A program made the translations under genes and the position numbers. Below the pieces are notes generated by a model. The model saw nothing but the letters and a program-made list of their open reading frames with translations. It searched no databases and was not told where the DNA came from. DNA of 64,000 bases from Octopus vulgaris (taxonomy: Eukaryota): the NCBI GenBank assembly GCA_951406725.2, contig OX597824.1:85498001-85562000 (forward strand). The letters are read 5' to 3'. Below are positions 14,840 to 25,921 of the stretch, piece after piece. Positions within the stretch are counted from its first letter, which is position 1, and each line of letters begins with the position of its first letter.

Positions 14840-15146
14840 GTTTACATATCTAAAATATAATCAATATTTTTAAGATATAAATAATTTATATAATATAATA
14901 ATTTTACTTGAATATATAAATACACACACACATACATGGCAAAAGAATTCTACAAAATTTTTTTTTTTGCCACCCTATATTGATTAATTATGAATTTTCT
15001 GGTTAATTCCGTAATGGAATCGACGGCTTATATTTATTTGCTGCCGATAAATTTGGCGCGAGTGCGACGATTTGAACATTTTAGGTCAGATATAACCTTG
15101 GCAAGGTCGGAAATGCCTCGTGAAAATATCTGTTCCGACTTGGGCT

Positions 15147-15253
15147 ATTTCTTACTGAAGAATCTGAGGGCCTTTGGAAGATTGGCTTGATTTAATTTAA
15201 TCAGGTTAGTTTACCATTAATCAGCAGATGAAACGGTATATCGTATAAGAAAT
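15147..15253 (+). ncRNA. Type I hammerhead ribozyme with long stem II (copy 1)
   Basis: ATTTCTTA-CTGAAGA-ATCTG[long hairpin]CAGAT-GAAA-CGGTATATCG-TA-TAAGAAAT. Perfect 8-bp stem I, canonical core, predicted cleavage after GUA at 15245. Confidence 0.85.
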
Positions 15254-15639
15254 TACAGGGTAAATGTTTTTTAAATTTTCTCCTGGTTTACGGAATTAAT
15301 TTTCATTTGCGGTTGAAGCTTTGGCTGTTATTTCTAGTGGGTGAATGGCCTATTATGGCCGTTCCTTGATTGTTGATGTTGAACTTAAAAATGGTCTATG
15401 ACTATTTAATTTTTTCCCACTAGGCCGCTGGTGGCAAAAGAATTCTACAAAATTTTTTTTTGCCACCCTATATTGATTAATTATGAATTTTCTGGTTAAT
15501 TCCGTAATGGAATCGACGGCTTATATTTATTTGCTGCCGATAAATTTGGCGCGAGTGCGACGATTTGAAAATTTTAGGTCAGATATAACCTTGGCAAGGT
15601 CGGAAATGCCTCGTGAAAATATCTGTTCCGACTTGGGCT

Positions 15640-15746
15640 ATTTCTTACTGAAGAATCTGAGGGCCTTTGGAAGATTGGCTTGATTTAATTTAATCAGGTT
15701 AGTTTACCATTAATCAGCAGATGAAACGGTATATCGTATAAGAAAT
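15640..15746 (+). ncRNA. Type I hammerhead ribozyme with long stem II (copy 2)
   Basis: Same as 15147-15253, offset by 493. GUA at 15736-15738. Confidence 0.85.
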
Positions 15747-16370
15747 TACAGGGTAAATGTTTTTTAAATTTTCTCCTGGTTTACGGAATTAATTTTCATT
15801 TGCGGTTGAAGCTTTGGCTGTTATTTCTAGTGGGTGAATGGCCTATTATGGCCGTTCCTTGATTGTTGATGTTGAACTTAAAAATGACTTAAAAATGGTC
15901 TATGACTTAAAAATGGTCTATGACTATTTAATTTTTTCCCACTAGGCCGCTGGTGGCAAAGAATTCTACAAAATTTTTTTGTAAATCATCCAGTTCACTG
16001 TACGTCAGTTGGATACCACATAAATATGGATATAATGCAAATTATAAACAATAAATTAAATAGTGATTCAATTGATAATCCAATAATTTATTAATATAAC
16101 ATAATATAGTATAAATAGAATATAAGATAACATTTAAAAAAAAAGCATTAAAAAACCAAAAGAGTCAACAATTTGTCTCGAAGGGGTGTGTAAATCATCC
16201 AGTTCACTGTACGTCAGTTGGATACCACATAAATATGGATATAATGCAAATTATAAACAATAAATTAAATAGTGATTCAATTGATAATCCAATAATTTAT
16301 TAATATAACATAATATAGTATAAATAGAATATAAGATAACATTTAAAAAAAAGCATTAAAAAACCAAAAG

Positions 16371-16450
16371 AGTCAACAATTTGTCTCGATTTACATACAT
16401 TATTTGATTTATAAACAATTCAATCCACTGATATAAGTCTCATTAGAGCT
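16371..16450 (-). ncRNA. Degenerate HHR in PLE LTR
   Basis: Minus strand: AGCT-CTAATGA-GACTTATAT...TATGTAAATC-GAGAC-AAATT-GTT-GACT. The core is mutated at different positions from the inverted copy. Confidence 0.5.
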
Positions 16451-16639
16451 TTGGTTTACAGACAGACAAATTTCCCCGTAAAAGGACAGCTGGATAGTAA
16501 AAACTCGAGCGTGAGTGTTACCTTTTCAACTACATAACAATTACAATTAAAAATAAACAACAAAATTATAACGAACAAACTAATCAAGTAAATAGAATCT
16601 ACAACTATCGAAATATATTTCCATATATCTCTGAAATAG

Positions 16640-17850
16640 GATTATTATTTCGATTATTGTAAAAATTGTCTAATCTTTTATTATTAAAGGAAGAGATAAT
16701 TCTAAACAAATTTTTAGATACTGAAAAACCTATTATAATCTTTTTATTTTTAATTATTTTATTATATTTATGTTTTTCATGAAAGTGCTTAGATATAGAT
16801 CTGTAAAAATTGCTTGATCAAATTCGTTTTTATTTGCGTGCGCAGGCGAATAATAAACCAAGTATAATTATCTTTATTACAATTAACATCATTAGGTGTA
16901 TCTGGGTTGGCATATGGTGTATACTTATTGTCCTTAGACTTAAGTCTACATATATATATTTTTATACAGGATATAGTTACTACCCTTGTTCCTATTAATA
17001 TTATTACTATTGTTAACCATATTAGTATTACTTACGAATAAATTGCATACATTTCCACTATTAGATCCACTCATTTCGTTGTCAACCAATTTTCCATTAT
17101 TATACGATTTATTGCTGTTCGTATTCTTATTACAACACACTATTCTATTCCAGTATCCTGCTTTTTTAAGGGCATCATTATATTTGGCATTATTTTTAAA
17201 GATTTCCTCATTAGAGTATAAATAAGGAAAACGTATCGAAATATTATTAACCAAATTTTTTGTGATCGCTTTAGGATGGTTACTATGAAAGTTGATATAT
17301 TTCAAATTATTGACACGGGCTGTATAGATCAGTAACATGGTTCTGATTAACATCCAGGTAATTAAGTAAGTCATGTTAACTTTCTATAGAGAAAGATAAA
17401 CCAAATCTTAAAAAAAAAATTATGGAATTCTTTCATATATAGGTTTAGTTTTCTATTGCATTGACTATTAATCAAAAATAGTACATCATCTCTATAAAGT
17501 CCACCTTTAATGTCGGGAAATTCATTGTGGAAATTATATAATATGTAATACCTACTAAGTCAGTAACCTGGGTGGAATCGGCAGAGCCTAAGGTTATGTC
17601 AAAATAATTATTAGTATTTTTTCTGAGCCAATACTTGTTATCAAATAAAATAATGGACTTCCTGGCTTCCAAAATAACTTTCTCTTAAATCTAAGGTTAG
17701 AATTTTTCCTAGCAGATATAAGTGCACTAATTAGCATAATGGAATTAACAGAAGAGTAATAATTACCAATATCGAACTGAATGAATGTACTTCTATACTT
17801 ATCGTCTAATTTATCAAACCAATTAATGGCTTCTTGACATCTATTATTAC
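16640..17850 (-). pseudogene. Penelope-type reverse transcriptase pseudogene
   Basis: Minus-strand peptides TFIQFDIGNYYSSV (motif A), FDITLGSADSTQVTDLVG (motif B), GGLYRDD (motif C) and YINFHSNHPKAITKNL...SNEEIF...DALKKAGY (PLE thumb). Frameshifted. Confidence 0.88.
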
Positions 17851-18467
17851 AGCCTAACTCTATATCTATGGGGTAATATAGGTTGTAGTTATTGTTGCTC
17901 TAAGTTTATCTTCATATTACGGAATTCTCCCTCCAATAAATCAATTAAATAGAGAACATTTCTGTTAGGTTTCTCTTCATATTTATTACGGAATTCTCCC
18001 TCCGATAAACTAAATAAAGAACACTTTTTTTTTGTTACATTAAACAATTTTTTTATATATCAATAGCTTTAATTAAAAGAGAAAAGTTGTTATATGTTAC
18101 CAATATAATAGTATTTTATCGTTTATATTTATTTACACGCTTTATTACAGTCTCTGGATTAAGTAAGACCCTGATACTTAATTTATATACCTATATATTG
18201 TTGTTGTATGTCATCACAATAGCCAAAGATTGTCTTCGGCCTAAACGAGTTTGAATTAATATTATTTGAGATATATGGAAATATATTTCGATAGTTGTAG
18301 ATTCTATTTACTTAATTATTTTGTCCGTTATAATTTTGTTGTTTTTTAATTGTAATTGTTATGTAGATGAAAAGTTAACACTCACGCTCATAATACATAG
18401 GCATCTGAATAAAATTTTTACAATCCAGCCGTCCTTTCACACAGAATTTTGTCTATCCTTAAACCAA

Positions 18468-18548
18468 AGCTCTGATTAGACTTATATAAGTGGTTTGAAT
18501 CGTTTATAAATCAAATATAAGTATATAAGTCGGAACAAATTGTTGGCT
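18468..18548 (+). ncRNA. Degenerate HHR in inverted PLE LTR
   Basis: AGCT-CTGATTA-GACTTATATA...TATATAAGTC-GGAAC-AAATT-GTT-GGCT. 10-bp stem II. The consensus of the two LTR copies restores CTGATGA and GAAAC. Confidence 0.6.
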
Positions 18549-18672
18549 CTTTTGGTTTTTTTAATGTTTTTGCATGTTATGTTATGTTATATTCATAGTA
18601 TATTATGTTATATTATAATATAAATAAAATATTGGATTGTCCATTAAAACTCTCTATTTAATTTATTGTTTA

Positions 18673-18724
<52 letters not shown>

Positions 18725-18822
18725 AATATATACACATACATACATGCATACATATATGTATACTTTCTGCTAGGAAATTTTCTTCACTCATATTCATGGC
18801 ATATGTACACGTACATAAATAA

Positions 18823-18881
<59 letters not shown>

Positions 18882-18974
18882 ATATGTGTGTGCGCGCGCG
18901 TGATTCTGTGAGTGTGTGTTTTCACTATATTTCAAGATATCGAGAGCACTAGTGACATTAACACACACACACAC

Positions 18975-19024
<50 letters not shown>

Positions 19025-19033
<9 letters not shown>

Positions 19034-19270
19034 ATATGTTACAATTACTCAATAGTCAAGATAAAACTCTGAGTTTCAGATGCCGAAGTGGGAATCCACA
19101 ACGTCATCTCTTCGGTTATCTGGCGTTGTGGATTCCCACTTCGGCATCTGAAACTCAGAGTTTTATCTTGACTATTGAGTAATTGTAACATATTATTTTA
19201 TAGATAAATTTCCTCTATTTACATAATATCGAGGTCTCTTTCTTTCTTTTGTTATCTTACCGTTTTACCA
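19025..19270. mobile_element. Fold-back PLE-LTR-like element with 79-bp perfect inverted arms and an HHR-like fold on the minus strand (19059-19121)
   Basis: 19025-19103 is the reverse complement of 19124-19202. Minus strand: AGATAA-CCGAAGA-GATG...CATCT-GAAA-CTCAGAG-TT-TTATCT. (TA)n on both flanks. Confidence 0.7.
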
Positions 19271-19939
19271 ATATATATATAAAAGGAGAGATGGAGTGTC
19301 TGTCGTATGTTCAATTAAACACTCATTTTCGAGTTCGATGTTTTTTAATTAAAGGTTTTAGATATTTCTTTTCATCATCTTTATATTTGATATTTTGTTT
19401 GTACAATAATGTTCCTAAATCCATTAACCCATTAATGTTCCAATACTTCCCAATATCATCAGACTGAAGTGAGTGATAATGATTTATTGTTTGTACGCTT
19501 TAATGTAGGTCACAAATGAATGAAACTACAGATATAACGCATAAAACTGTCCTCGACAGTGGATTTAAACATCCTACGCTGGTTAAATCCTGGTAAATTT
19601 CATGACTTATTTTACGTGTGATGTATCACATTTTACGTGTGATGTATCTATGTGCTGAATTTTCATTTGCATTATGCACTATAATTGTACTTTTAAAAGA
19701 AAAAAGTATTGTGTCATATTATATAAAATTGTAGTACAGTTAACTAATATTTTCCAGCATAAGTTTTATTTCGTGTACTGCATAAGTAATGTCTATAGGG
19801 CAAGCTGTAAATAAATTACCCTCTAAACTTATGGACACATGTTATAAATGCTGTGTCAATCAACGAAAAAGTGTCAAAATCATGAAGTTTACAACTTTCA
19901 TGCTTACATTAAAATTTGTTTATTCCATTGGTTTTCTGA

Positions 19940-20243
19940 GTGGAGGCGCAATGGCCCAGTGGCTAGGGCAGCGGACTCGCATTCGGAGGTTCGCGGTTTC
20001 GGTTCCCAGACCGGGCATTGTGTGTGTTTATTGAGCGAAAAAACCTAAAGCTCCACGAGACTACGCCAGGGGGTGACGGCTACCCCTGTTGTACTCTTTC
20101 GCCCCAACTTTCTCTCATTCTTTCTTCCTGTAACACTGCGATGAACTGGCGTCCCGTCCAGCTGGGGGGAACACACGCCACAGAAACCAGGAAACCGGGC
20201 CCATGAGCCTGGCTAGGCTTGAAAAGGGCGCATAAATAAATAA
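19940..20243 (+). mobile_element. SINE family A head with tail Y
   Basis: tRNA-like head gtggaggcgcaatggcccagtgg...ggtttcggttcc. A-rich 3' end. Confidence 0.88.
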
Positions 20244-20364
20244 AAATTTTGTTGTTTGCTAGTTTGTGGCATCATATTAATGTGGAGGTTTTTCATTCTG
20301 GTATGATTACATATGATACTTGTAGTGTCCTTTTTATGAGTTTTTAATTACATATTCATTTAAG

Positions 20365-20580
20365 CCGGAGAGCTGGCAGAATCGTTGACACGTCGAACAA
20401 AATACGTAACGGTATTTCTTCCGAATTTGTACGTTCTAAATTCAAATCCCGCCGAACTCAATTTTGGCTCTCATCCATTCGGGGTTGATAAAATAAAACA
20501 CGAGTCAAGTACTGGGATTGATATAATCGATTTCTTTCCTCCCATTGAATTTGCTAACCCTGCACTAAAGTTAGAGAGAA
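20365..20580 (+). mobile_element. SINE family C, diverged
   Basis: gagctggcagaatcgtt...ttcaaatcccgccga...catccattcggggttgataaaa. Confidence 0.7.
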
Positions 20581-20756
20581 TTAAATATCTATTAATTTTG
20601 TAAATAGACATAATTTGCTTCTTGTAATATATGACGTTTGTGGTTTGTATATTTTTAGTGGGATGAATTTGGTTTCGTATCGTCCAATGACCTGATCTAC
20701 TAATCTTACCCTGTTTCAGGTTTCTTGGGTGGATGACAATGTAAAAGTTCATTTAA

Positions 20757-20974
20757 CCCTTTAGTGTTCAGATTATTCAATCAAACATAATGCCTATTGA
20801 TTCCCATTGATTTGAATTAATCATGCATTATCTCATATCTTCAAGATCTTGATGGTGTAATTACTTAATGTAGAATAACATTGTAGGGTAGGTGTGAGAG
20901 CCTGGATTTGGTCAGTTTGAACATAAAACAGATTAACTATTTGGCCGGATATGGCCAGTTTAAATACTAAAGGG
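20757..20974. mobile_element. piggyBac-type MITE
   Basis: TTAA on both sides. TIRs CCCTTTAGT...ACTAAAGGG. Confidence 0.8.
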
Positions 20975-21023
20975 TTAAGAAAGAATCTGATAACTCGTAT
21001 TTTCTATCTATAGTAACATTCAC

Positions 21024-21448
21024 TCTCTTTTACTCTTTTACTCGTTTCAGTCACCTGACTGCGGCCGTGCTGGAGCACCGCCTTTAGTCGAGGAAATCGA
21101 CCCCAGGACTTATTCTTTGTAAGCCTAGTACTTATTCTATCGATCTCTTTTGCCGAACCGTTAAGTGACGGGGACGTAAACACACCAGCATCGGTTGTCA
21201 AGCGATATGTGTGTGTGGGGGGACAAACACAGACACACAAACACACACACACACACACATATGTATATACACATATACATATATGCGACGGGTTTCTTTC
21301 AGTTTCTGTCTACCAAATCCACTCACAAGGCATTGGTCGACCCGAGGCTATAGTAGAAGACACTTGCGCAAAGTGCCACGCTGTGGGACTGAACCCGGAA
21401 CCATGTGGTTGGTAAGCAAGCTACTTACCACAAAGCCACTCCTGCGCC
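21024..21448 (-). mobile_element. SINE family D, full length
   Basis: Head ggcgcaggagtggctttgtggtaagtagcttgcttacc...gggttcagtccc, internal (TG)n, and 3' tail gctccagcacggccgcagtc...(gagtaaaa)n. Confidence 0.9.
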
Positions 21449-21939
21449 TATAATGAGTTAACATTTATATTTAAGCATTTGTGTTTTGTATGTATACTTA
21501 TGTGGTATATATGTTATTCTTTATACTTACATTCATATTTAATAAAGGAATGGTGATATGGTTTTCTGTATTTATGCTATAGTTACGTTGGATTGTAAAT
21601 GCAAGAACATGGTTATATTCAAGCCCTCAGCTGTTTGGTCCATAACTCACACAATAAATATATAGTCAACATGTTTTCCATTCCACATCAGCATATAGAA
21701 TGCCGTGAATATAAGGTTGGGAGGCGAATACATAGCGTCTCCAAACTCAGCGGGCATAGATTGCCTTGTAATAAGCGGAAGGGAACTTCAAGTGTGTGGG
21801 TCAACAGAAACTTTTTCATTGTCTTTCTTGGTATGGCAGATGGTCTTACTGTAAAATAAGTGTACATGTTATCCAAAATGCTAACATTATGGAGGCAAGA
21901 CTTCTAACATCTCTCGTGAAAAGTTTGCTACTTTTATTC

Positions 21940-22327
21940 GTGGAGGCGCAATGGCCCAGTGGTTAGGGCAGCGGACTCGCGGTCATAGGATCGCGGTTTC
22001 GATTCCCAGACCGGGCGTTGTGAGTGTTTATTGAGCGAAAACACCTAAAGCTCCACGAGGCTCCGGCAGGGATGGTGGTGATCCCTGGTGTACTCTTTCA
22101 CCACAACTTTCTCTCACTCTTACTTCCTGTTTCTGTTGTACCTGTATTTCAAGGGGCCGGCCTTGTCACTCTCTGTGTCACGCTGAATATCCCCGAGAAC
22201 TACGTTAAGGGTACACGTGTCTGTGGAGTGCTCAGCCACTTACACGTTAATTTCACGAGCAGGCTGTTCCGTTGATTCGGATCAACCGGAACCCTCATCG
22301 TCGTTACCGACGGAGTGCTTCCACCAC
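21940..22327 (+). mobile_element. SINE family A head with tail X, full length
   Basis: 10-bp TSD acttttattc at 21930-21939 and 22328-22337. Near-identical to 55512-55903 on the minus strand. Confidence 0.92.
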
Positions 22328-22590
22328 ACTTTTATTCATTTCCTATAGAACTCCTAGTAATTCACCGTATAATTATATGCTATAGTTGCTAATTAAGTAC
22401 TTCTTTATGGTAATATCTAGTCTTTTGGCGATATTATGCGTAGATGCATTGACTAGGAAGAAAGTAGATTAGAGAAGGATATTAGATTTGTACGTCACAA
22501 CAGTGTTATTTATGTATGAAGAGATAATCTCTCTAAGTACTGAAAAAAGATAAATCTTGTTTGAGCGGTAGTAGCAGTAATTAGTTTATA

Positions 22591-22794
22591 CAGTAAACCC
22601 CCGCCATATTGCGGTTTATTATTTAAGCTTATGTCGATTTCTCCGTGGTGTTGTTTTGCATTTATAATAAAATATATACAAATTATAAAATAATTAAAAT
22701 AAATATACGGTACAGTACTGTTTCTACTTCGCGGATTTTTACCTATCGCGGTGGTGGAAGTGGAGGGTGGAGGTTAACATAACACCCGCGATAG
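22591..22794. mobile_element. Tigger/pogo-like MITE fragment
   Basis: TA|CAGTAAACCCCCGCCATATTGCGG start. Internal cgcggatttt...ctatcgcg and cccgcgatag motifs. Right end incomplete. Confidence 0.5.
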
Positions 22795-23033
22795 TTTAGT
22801 AACGTTACAGTTCTTAATTTTAAGGAATTTGTTGATACTGTGTACCAGGTTGTTGTTTTATTAGAATATTCCTCCGGTATACGGTGCAAATGCAGTTTAC
22901 CTGATTATGTCAGTTTTCAGCTCGTAAAAAGTACGACGAAAATTCAGGGACTGAGAACAAAAGTCATACAATGTCGTAGGGGTCTGTTGCCCAGCAGACG
23001 TGACTTTATCGTCTGAAGTTGTAAAAAAGAGAA

Positions 23034-23100
23034 CTATAGGCGCAGGAGTGGCTGTGTGGTAAGTAGCTTGCTTACCACACAGCCACTCCTGCGCCTATAG
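23034..23100. repeat. Perfect 30-bp-arm palindrome built from a SINE D head
   Basis: ctataggcgcaggagtggctgtgtggtaag-tagcttg-cttaccacacagccactcctgcgcctatag. Confidence 0.95.
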
Positions 23101-23233
23101 AGAAGCGGGGGTCGGCGGGCGTTTTCGTCTTCTCCCATCACCATCTTCATTCCATCACCATCATTCATTAATGTCTATGTCCAGCCCGTAGCTACTATCT
23201 GTGTACTGCCCTTGTGGCAAATTAAATGAAATA

Positions 23234-23620
23234 AAGTAGCTTGCTTACCAACCACATGGTTCCGGGTTCAGTCCCACTGCGTGGCATCTTGGGAAAGTGT
23301 CTTCTGCTATAGCTTCGGGCCGACCAATGCCTTGTGAGTGGATTTGGTAGACGGAAACTGAAAGAAGCCTGTCGTATATATGTATATACATATATGTATG
23401 TGTGTGTGTGTTTGTGTGTTTGTGTTTGTCCCCCCACCATCGTTTGACAACCGATGCTGGTGTGTTTACGTCCCCGTCACTTAACGGTTCGGCAAAAAGA
23501 GACCGGTAGAATAAGTACTGGGCTTACAAAGAATAAGTCCCGGGGTCGATTTGCTCGACTAAAGGTGGTGCTCCAGCATGGCCGCAGTCAAATGACTGAA
23601 ACAAGTAAAAGAGTAAAGAG
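23234..23620 (+). mobile_element. SINE family D, 5'-truncated
   Basis: Begins aagtagcttgcttaccaacc. Body and tail match 21024-21448. Confidence 0.9.
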
Positions 23621-24444
23621 TATAACGAACAAATACGGAACTTACAGCTCTTGTACTTAGGCTATAGACTTCATCCTTTGCAATTACCATTAGTGCATTG
23701 GAATATAAAACTAACCAAAGATTATCTAAAGTGCCATCAAACACATTACCTTTGTTATATTTCTTGATAGCATATTACTCAATGGATCTCAACCAAGTTC
23801 CGTATGGCCTTTGGGAGTCCATACAAGATTTTGTTATTAAAACCAATGTGCAATAAATTGGTTTTACTACCCTGCGAAAAATATTTTAATTCTTTTAATA
23901 CGATTTCTTATAATAGTCAATTATAAAAATATAGTTGTTTGTTTTTTTATTTTTTTTAAACATCGAATGGCTTATGAGGATCTACCTAAGTAAAATAAAA
24001 ATTGGAGCCGTCCATGCGTAAAACCTGGTTGAGAACTACTGCTATAAATGGTCGAAAGTTTTCGTCGTACTTTTAACAAGCTGCTAACTGACATAATTCC
24101 ACAGCAGTAATATGCGTGTAGATGGGGGTGAGTGGGCGAGCGTGCGTGCGTGTGTGTGCATATGTGTGTATTGCGTGTGCGAAAGAGAATGAAACAGACA
24201 AAGAAAGAAAAAATGAAAGGAAGAGAGGGAGAAAAAAGAGAGAGGGGAGGTGGAAAATGTATTATGCTCGAGAAAATGGTTTCGGCCAACCAAATTTCTA
24301 AATCAACGAAACCCTTGGAAAGATTTAAAATCCTTGTTTATCTCAAATAAATTAACAAATGTCAGACCCTAAACACTTCTCAATGTAACTTGTGCATTGG
24401 GGTTTTCTTTTGATTGTTTTTGCACCACAAATAAATAAAACTTG

Positions 24445-24790
<346 letters not shown>

Positions 24791-25565
24791 CATAGACAGT
24801 GACAGACAACAAACATTCCTATGTATGTCTACGAACTCGTATATGTTTACTTATTTTGAGCATAAATATATACTCTTCATGCTGAACAGCACACCGACGC
24901 ACACACACACACGCACACACACATACACACACGCACACACATACACACATGCATACACACCCACACGCGTGCAGCACAGTTTCGCACACGCGTGGGTACA
25001 GACTAAGTGTAGCCATCCCGCATCTTAGCCTAATTCCTGTCGCTACGACTGAAGAATTATTATTCAGAGTAATTTGAGGAGGATAAACGAGAACTGCCAG
25101 ACAAACAGAAAGTGACAAAAGTAACAAAAAAAACCAAAAAAAACAACGAGGTAGATATCAGAAGAAGAAGAAGAAGAAGAACAGTGCAAACAACCATAAT
25201 AACATAACTAGCAACAACAGCGACGAGGGAGCGTCTATGTGGTCCACAGAGTGTCAGAAACAGCAGCCAAATCTCCCTGAATTACAACCTACTGTCTTAT
25301 ACAAGGGTAGGACCACTTTAGAGAATGTGATCTTACGTAATTGCGAAAAGTAGAAATGACCATAGCTGGAATGTGTTTAATCATAATTCTGTTCAATTGA
25401 AGCTGGCCTCGGAGCTAAACGGCAAAGTAAATACTAATGGCAACAAAGACAATGACGACGCCGACGATAAAGACAACAGCAATATCAACAACAGCAACAA
25501 CAATAACAGAAACAGTGACTTTAGCTCCGAAAGTAACAACAGCATTAAACATTGCAGCAACAGCA

Positions 25566-25921
25566 AGTGGAGGCGCAATGGCCCAATGGTTAGGGCAGCG
25601 GACACGCGGTCGGAGGAGGATCGCGGTTTCGATTCCAAGACCGGACGTTGTGTGTGTTTATTGAGCGAAAACACCTAAAGCTCCACGAGGCTCCGGCAGT
25701 GGTGGTGGGGGGCCACCCCTGTTGTACTCTTTCGCCCCAACTTTCTTGTCCCCGACTTCCTAAGCAACCGCTGAGCCTGGATGCGCATTCATCCATCCGT
25801 CGATGCTCTCGGTGTCGGGGGGTTGACCTGCTTTCTCTTCTGCGGGTCTTACGAATAGCAATGGACCACGTTTCGGACTCCTCCCATCTTGCGAGCTCTG
25901 GGACGAAGACCGTTCGTTCAA
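25566..25921 (+). mobile_element. SINE family A head with a different tail (Z)
   Basis: A head and body to about 25748, then a unique tail. TSD cagcaacagca at 25555-25565 and 25922-25932. Confidence 0.8.

Larger units (their letters stand above)
14936..15980 (+). mobile_element. 493-nt tandem repeat (about 2.1 units) with one hammerhead per unit; retrozyme-like
   Basis: Near-identical units with period 493 (ORF track repeats at 14990 and 15483). An intact HHR core is present in each unit. Confidence 0.8.
15980..18640 (-). mobile_element. Decayed Penelope-like retroelement with 3' LTR-like region, a local duplication of about 209 bp and an inverted LTR copy
   Basis: RT motifs on the minus strand. 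18268-18640 is a diverged inverted copy of about 16265-16631. 15980-16181 is repeated at 16189-16389. The LTR copies carry degenerate HHRs. Confidence 0.8.

Noticed and set aside
14990-15683. Duplicated 66-aa ORF
   Set aside because: Reflects the 493-nt tandem repeat and runs into the HHR. No recognisable protein similarity.
21600-21880. Unique-looking stretch with a minus-strand acceptor-like ttattttacag
   Set aside because: No recognisable protein or matching donor. Could be a decayed transposase.
21940-22015. tRNA-like sequences with A and B boxes (here and in other SINE heads)
   Set aside because: They are SINE heads followed by SINE bodies and TSDs, not tRNA genes.
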